Shown here: positions 36,953 through 40,110 of the stretch, piece by piece
Numbering within the stretch: position 1 is the first letter of the stretch
How the letters are laid out: every line of letters begins with the position of its first letter
Origin: Octopus bimaculoides
Lineage: Eukaryota
Direction of reading: 5' to 3'
DNA length: 40,110 nt
Assembly: GCF_001194135.2 (NCBI RefSeq)
Contig: NC_069007.1
Span: forward strand, 1,168,181-1,208,290
The notes under the pieces: model-generated
The model's input: the letters and a program-made list of their open reading frames with translations, nothing else
Databases searched by the model: none
What the model was told of the DNA's origin: nothing
Position numbers and translations under genes: made by a program

Positions 36953-36965
36953 CAGCAGCAGCAAA
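36885..36965. repeat. (AGT)n(AGC)n microsatellite
   Basis: Visible directly. Confidence 0.95.
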
Positions 36966-37139
36966 CGGCAACAGACTAATGGGTCAATAAATATGTATTA
37001 AAGAGGTATGTGTTGCAAGAATTTTTGTCGTAATTACATTCTAATTATTAGACTTGTCATTTTTGTCGTTTCGAAAATGGCAAAAGCAATACAGCCACAG
37101 CTCTGGCGGACACACACACACACACACGCACACGCACAC

Positions 37140-37184
<45 letters not shown>

Positions 37185-38180
37185 ATTTGATATATTGATC
37201 TTCACATCTCGCTGGCAGTTTTGGTCACTAGCAAAGCACTGTTTGCTGAAAACTTGATTCTGATATCATTTGACAGTTTGAATTTTCGCAGCTCTGACAA
37301 TCTTGTTAATTCCACCTCCATATTTATAAAAGCAATTTATTTGAGTAAATACAAAATATCCATTTGCCAACATATCGTTTTAATAAGCGACCATCCTGTC
37401 AGAAGATCGCCAGGATGTAATTTATCATCATCGCTCTATTTACTCAATGTCCACTACGCTCTATTATGTTCCAGTTTCCTCACAAGAAACCGAGGTATTA
37501 TTTATTCATATATTTAACTATCTATATCACAACTGATTAACTAATGCATCGTTGGTTACGCAGGTCTACAACGGGCAAATCCCTGGTTGATGCATTATTA
37601 AGGCCGGAATGACAAGGAAATGGGTGCAACTCCACACGGAAAACACACCCCAAGTCTTTTCATTAAATAAGTAACCGTTTTCTAAGTTTTCACATTTATG
37701 TAAACATATTTACGCCCATACCGTAGCACACGAAATTCTACACACACCTACATAAACCTACCCTCTCACACAAGCGTATACGCCGTTTAGATTATATAGG
37801 TGATAGGTCTTATATAATTTGTTGGCCTTCTTTACGATGTTGAAATACGAAAGAAACACATATACAATTTCCATGATCAAAAGAAACAAATATTGCAAAT
37901 ATTGTGCACTGGATAATTCAATATATTAATTAAATTGTGGCTGTCTGGTTTTCTAAATGCGTGTGTGTGTCTCTGTGTGTATGTATTTATGTATCTCTCT
38001 ATCTTTCTGTCTATATACAATATGGAACACATACACGGTGTATTTTGCCGCCAGTTCTTAGGCAGGCTGCAATTTATAGGTGTAAGAGCATATCTTCTCG
38101 TCAATGTAGCTGGTATTAAAGCACATATTAGCTTGTCAACAAAGTTCTTGCGGTTTTTAACCTTTAAATTCAGATGCACA

Positions 38181-38303
38181 GATCTCGGAAAGGATGAAAG
38201 GCAAAGTCGACCTCGGCGGAATTTGAAGTCAGAACGTAAAGACAGACGGAATACCGCTAAGCATTTCGTCGAGCGTGCTAACGTTTCTGCCAGCTCGCCG
38301 CCT
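38181..38303 (-). mobile_element. SINE family 1, 5' half only, low divergence
   Basis: Minus strand reads GGCGGCGAGCTGGCAGAAACGTTAGCACG...AAATGCTTAGCGGTATTCCGTCTGTCTTTACGTTCTGACTTCAAATTCCGCCGAGGTCGACTTTGCCTTTCATCCTTTCCG. Confidence 0.9.
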
Positions 38304-38552
38304 GTATAAGATGGAATATTGCAAAACAGTTTTTAACATAATGTGCTTTTGATATATATATATATATAAAAACAAACAAAAAAAAACAATGGCGATTAAA
38401 TGAAGAGTGTTAACAGAAAAAATGACAAGAAACATGAGGTGTATAATAAGAGCGATTACTAATATCGAAAAGCTTTCAACACAATATATTTTGAGAAAGT
38501 GAAACATGCTTAAAAGAAAAATATTATTACTATTAAAGAATCAGGAAAACAC

Positions 38553-38586
<34 letters not shown>

Positions 38587-39367
38587 GCTGTTAATGATAA
38601 TAAATGTGTTAGAAAGCAGGAGTAAAAAGATTTGAATGGATTATAACACGTACAAATAGCAAATGAAGTTGTAAAGATGTTCGAACAATATTTGCCGAGA
38701 AGAAATTGAAATGAAAGAGAACTTGAGATGGCGCATGTGCATAAGTGGGTGTACACTTCAGTAAAGGCGGGCAGTGCATCAAAGTGGTTACTGTGTATAC
38801 TTGCGCACCCTTTACCGGAAATCCACAGCACAAATAATGACTTCTAGGAACAATGTCGAAGATATACATGTATCCACATGCAAGGATTTTGCAGAGTTTC
38901 TACCAAATTNNNNNNNNNNNNNNNNNNNNNNNNNNNNNNNNNNNNNNNNNNNNNNNNNNNNNNNNNNNNNNNNNNNNNNNNNNNNNNNNNNNNNNNNNNN
39001 NNNNNNNNNNNNNNNNNNNNNNNNNNNNNNNNNNNNNNNNNNNNNNNNNNNNNNNNNNNNNNNNNNNNNNNNNNNNNNNNNNNNNNNNNNNNNNNNNNNN
39101 NNNNNNNNNNNNNNNNNNNNNNNNNNNNNNNNNNNNNNNNNNNNNNNNNNNNNNNNNNNNNNNNNNNNNNNNNNNNNNNNNNNNNNNNNNNNNNNNNNNN
39201 NNNNNNNNNNNNNNNNNNNNNNNNNNNNNNNNNNNNNNNNNNNNNNNNNNNNNNNNNNNNNNNNNNNNNNNNNNNNNNNNNNNNNNNNNNNNNNNNNNNN
39301 NNNNNNNNNNNNNNNNNNNNNNNNNNNNNNNNNNNNNNNNNNNNNNNNNNNNNNNNNNNNNNNNNNN

Positions 39368-39402
<35 letters not shown>

Positions 39403-40036
39403 TGACAGACAAACACACGGACAAACTACACAGAGAAACATAAGTAGGAGAGAAATATAGCGAAACCTTTGGCTACTGTGAATGAGAAAAAGAAATTGTT
39501 TATAGAAATTAATATAAAACCATCCTTTAACATACATTCAAAAGAATGGACTCTGTGGCCTCTATTTTGGATGGAGTGTCAGTTTTGGACGGGTTTCAGG
39601 CAGTATTGGGAAGTGAAGCGATCGCTTCCGAATTGATATCAATCAGGTTTAAGTACATAGCTACCTCTTGAATTTTGGATTTCTCTTAAAAAAACTGAAT
39701 ATTTTGAAAATATAGATTATCCTTTCCGTTTCGGATGTAATGCAATATAATCAAATAGTATCTTTGCTATTACATAGACACAAGCAAACACACAGACACT
39801 TGCATGGTGAGGCTAGAGATTTACACAAAGAAAATTGCTGCAAATAAGTGTAATTTTGGAGTATATATAAATAAACAATTAATTAATTAATTAATTATAG
39901 GCCGATTGTGTAATCAAATATAAATTATGGCAAAGAATAACAAGAAGCCTAGATGAACAACTAGAAATTGCGGATATATATTCATAAAGGTATATATGGC
40001 ACACAAAAAGAGGGAGGCATATGTATGTATGCATGT

Positions 40037-40051
40037 GTCTGTGTGTGTGTG

Positions 40052-40110
<59 letters not shown>
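40037..40110. repeat. (TG)n then (CT)n microsatellite running to the window end
   Basis: Visible directly. Confidence 0.95.

Overview
Eukaryotic, AT-rich, repeat-dominated and apparently non-coding DNA (intronic or intergenic). It is most likely from an octopus (coleoid cephalopod), judged from my recollection of the tRNA-derived SINE families, not from a database search. About 4 kb (14 runs) is N, and nearly every gap abuts a microsatellite. No ORF in the supplied track looks like a real gene: almost all are (TA)n/(TG)n/(GAT)n translations or read through Ns. Supportable content: about 7 copies of one SINE family, about 4 full or partial copies of a second, 1 copy of a third, a decayed RTE-clade LINE RT fragment, an R4-like LINE C-terminus, a tRNA-Gln-like relic and many simple repeats. 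I could not identify a protein-coding gene; several isolated exon-like segments are listed at low confidence. The most interesting lead is a 60-nt element present three times at 20.66-23.47 kb. Its best copy reads CUGAGGA-14 nt-GAAA with a short palindromic stem III, a GUU site and a bulged stem I, resembling a minimal type I hammerhead ribozyme, but stem II is weak and activity is untested. Other leads are a tRNA-head/Penelope-like-tail composite, a one-strand CACTCAA cluster, candidate microexons and a recent 127-bp duplication. No new biological system can be established from sequence alone.
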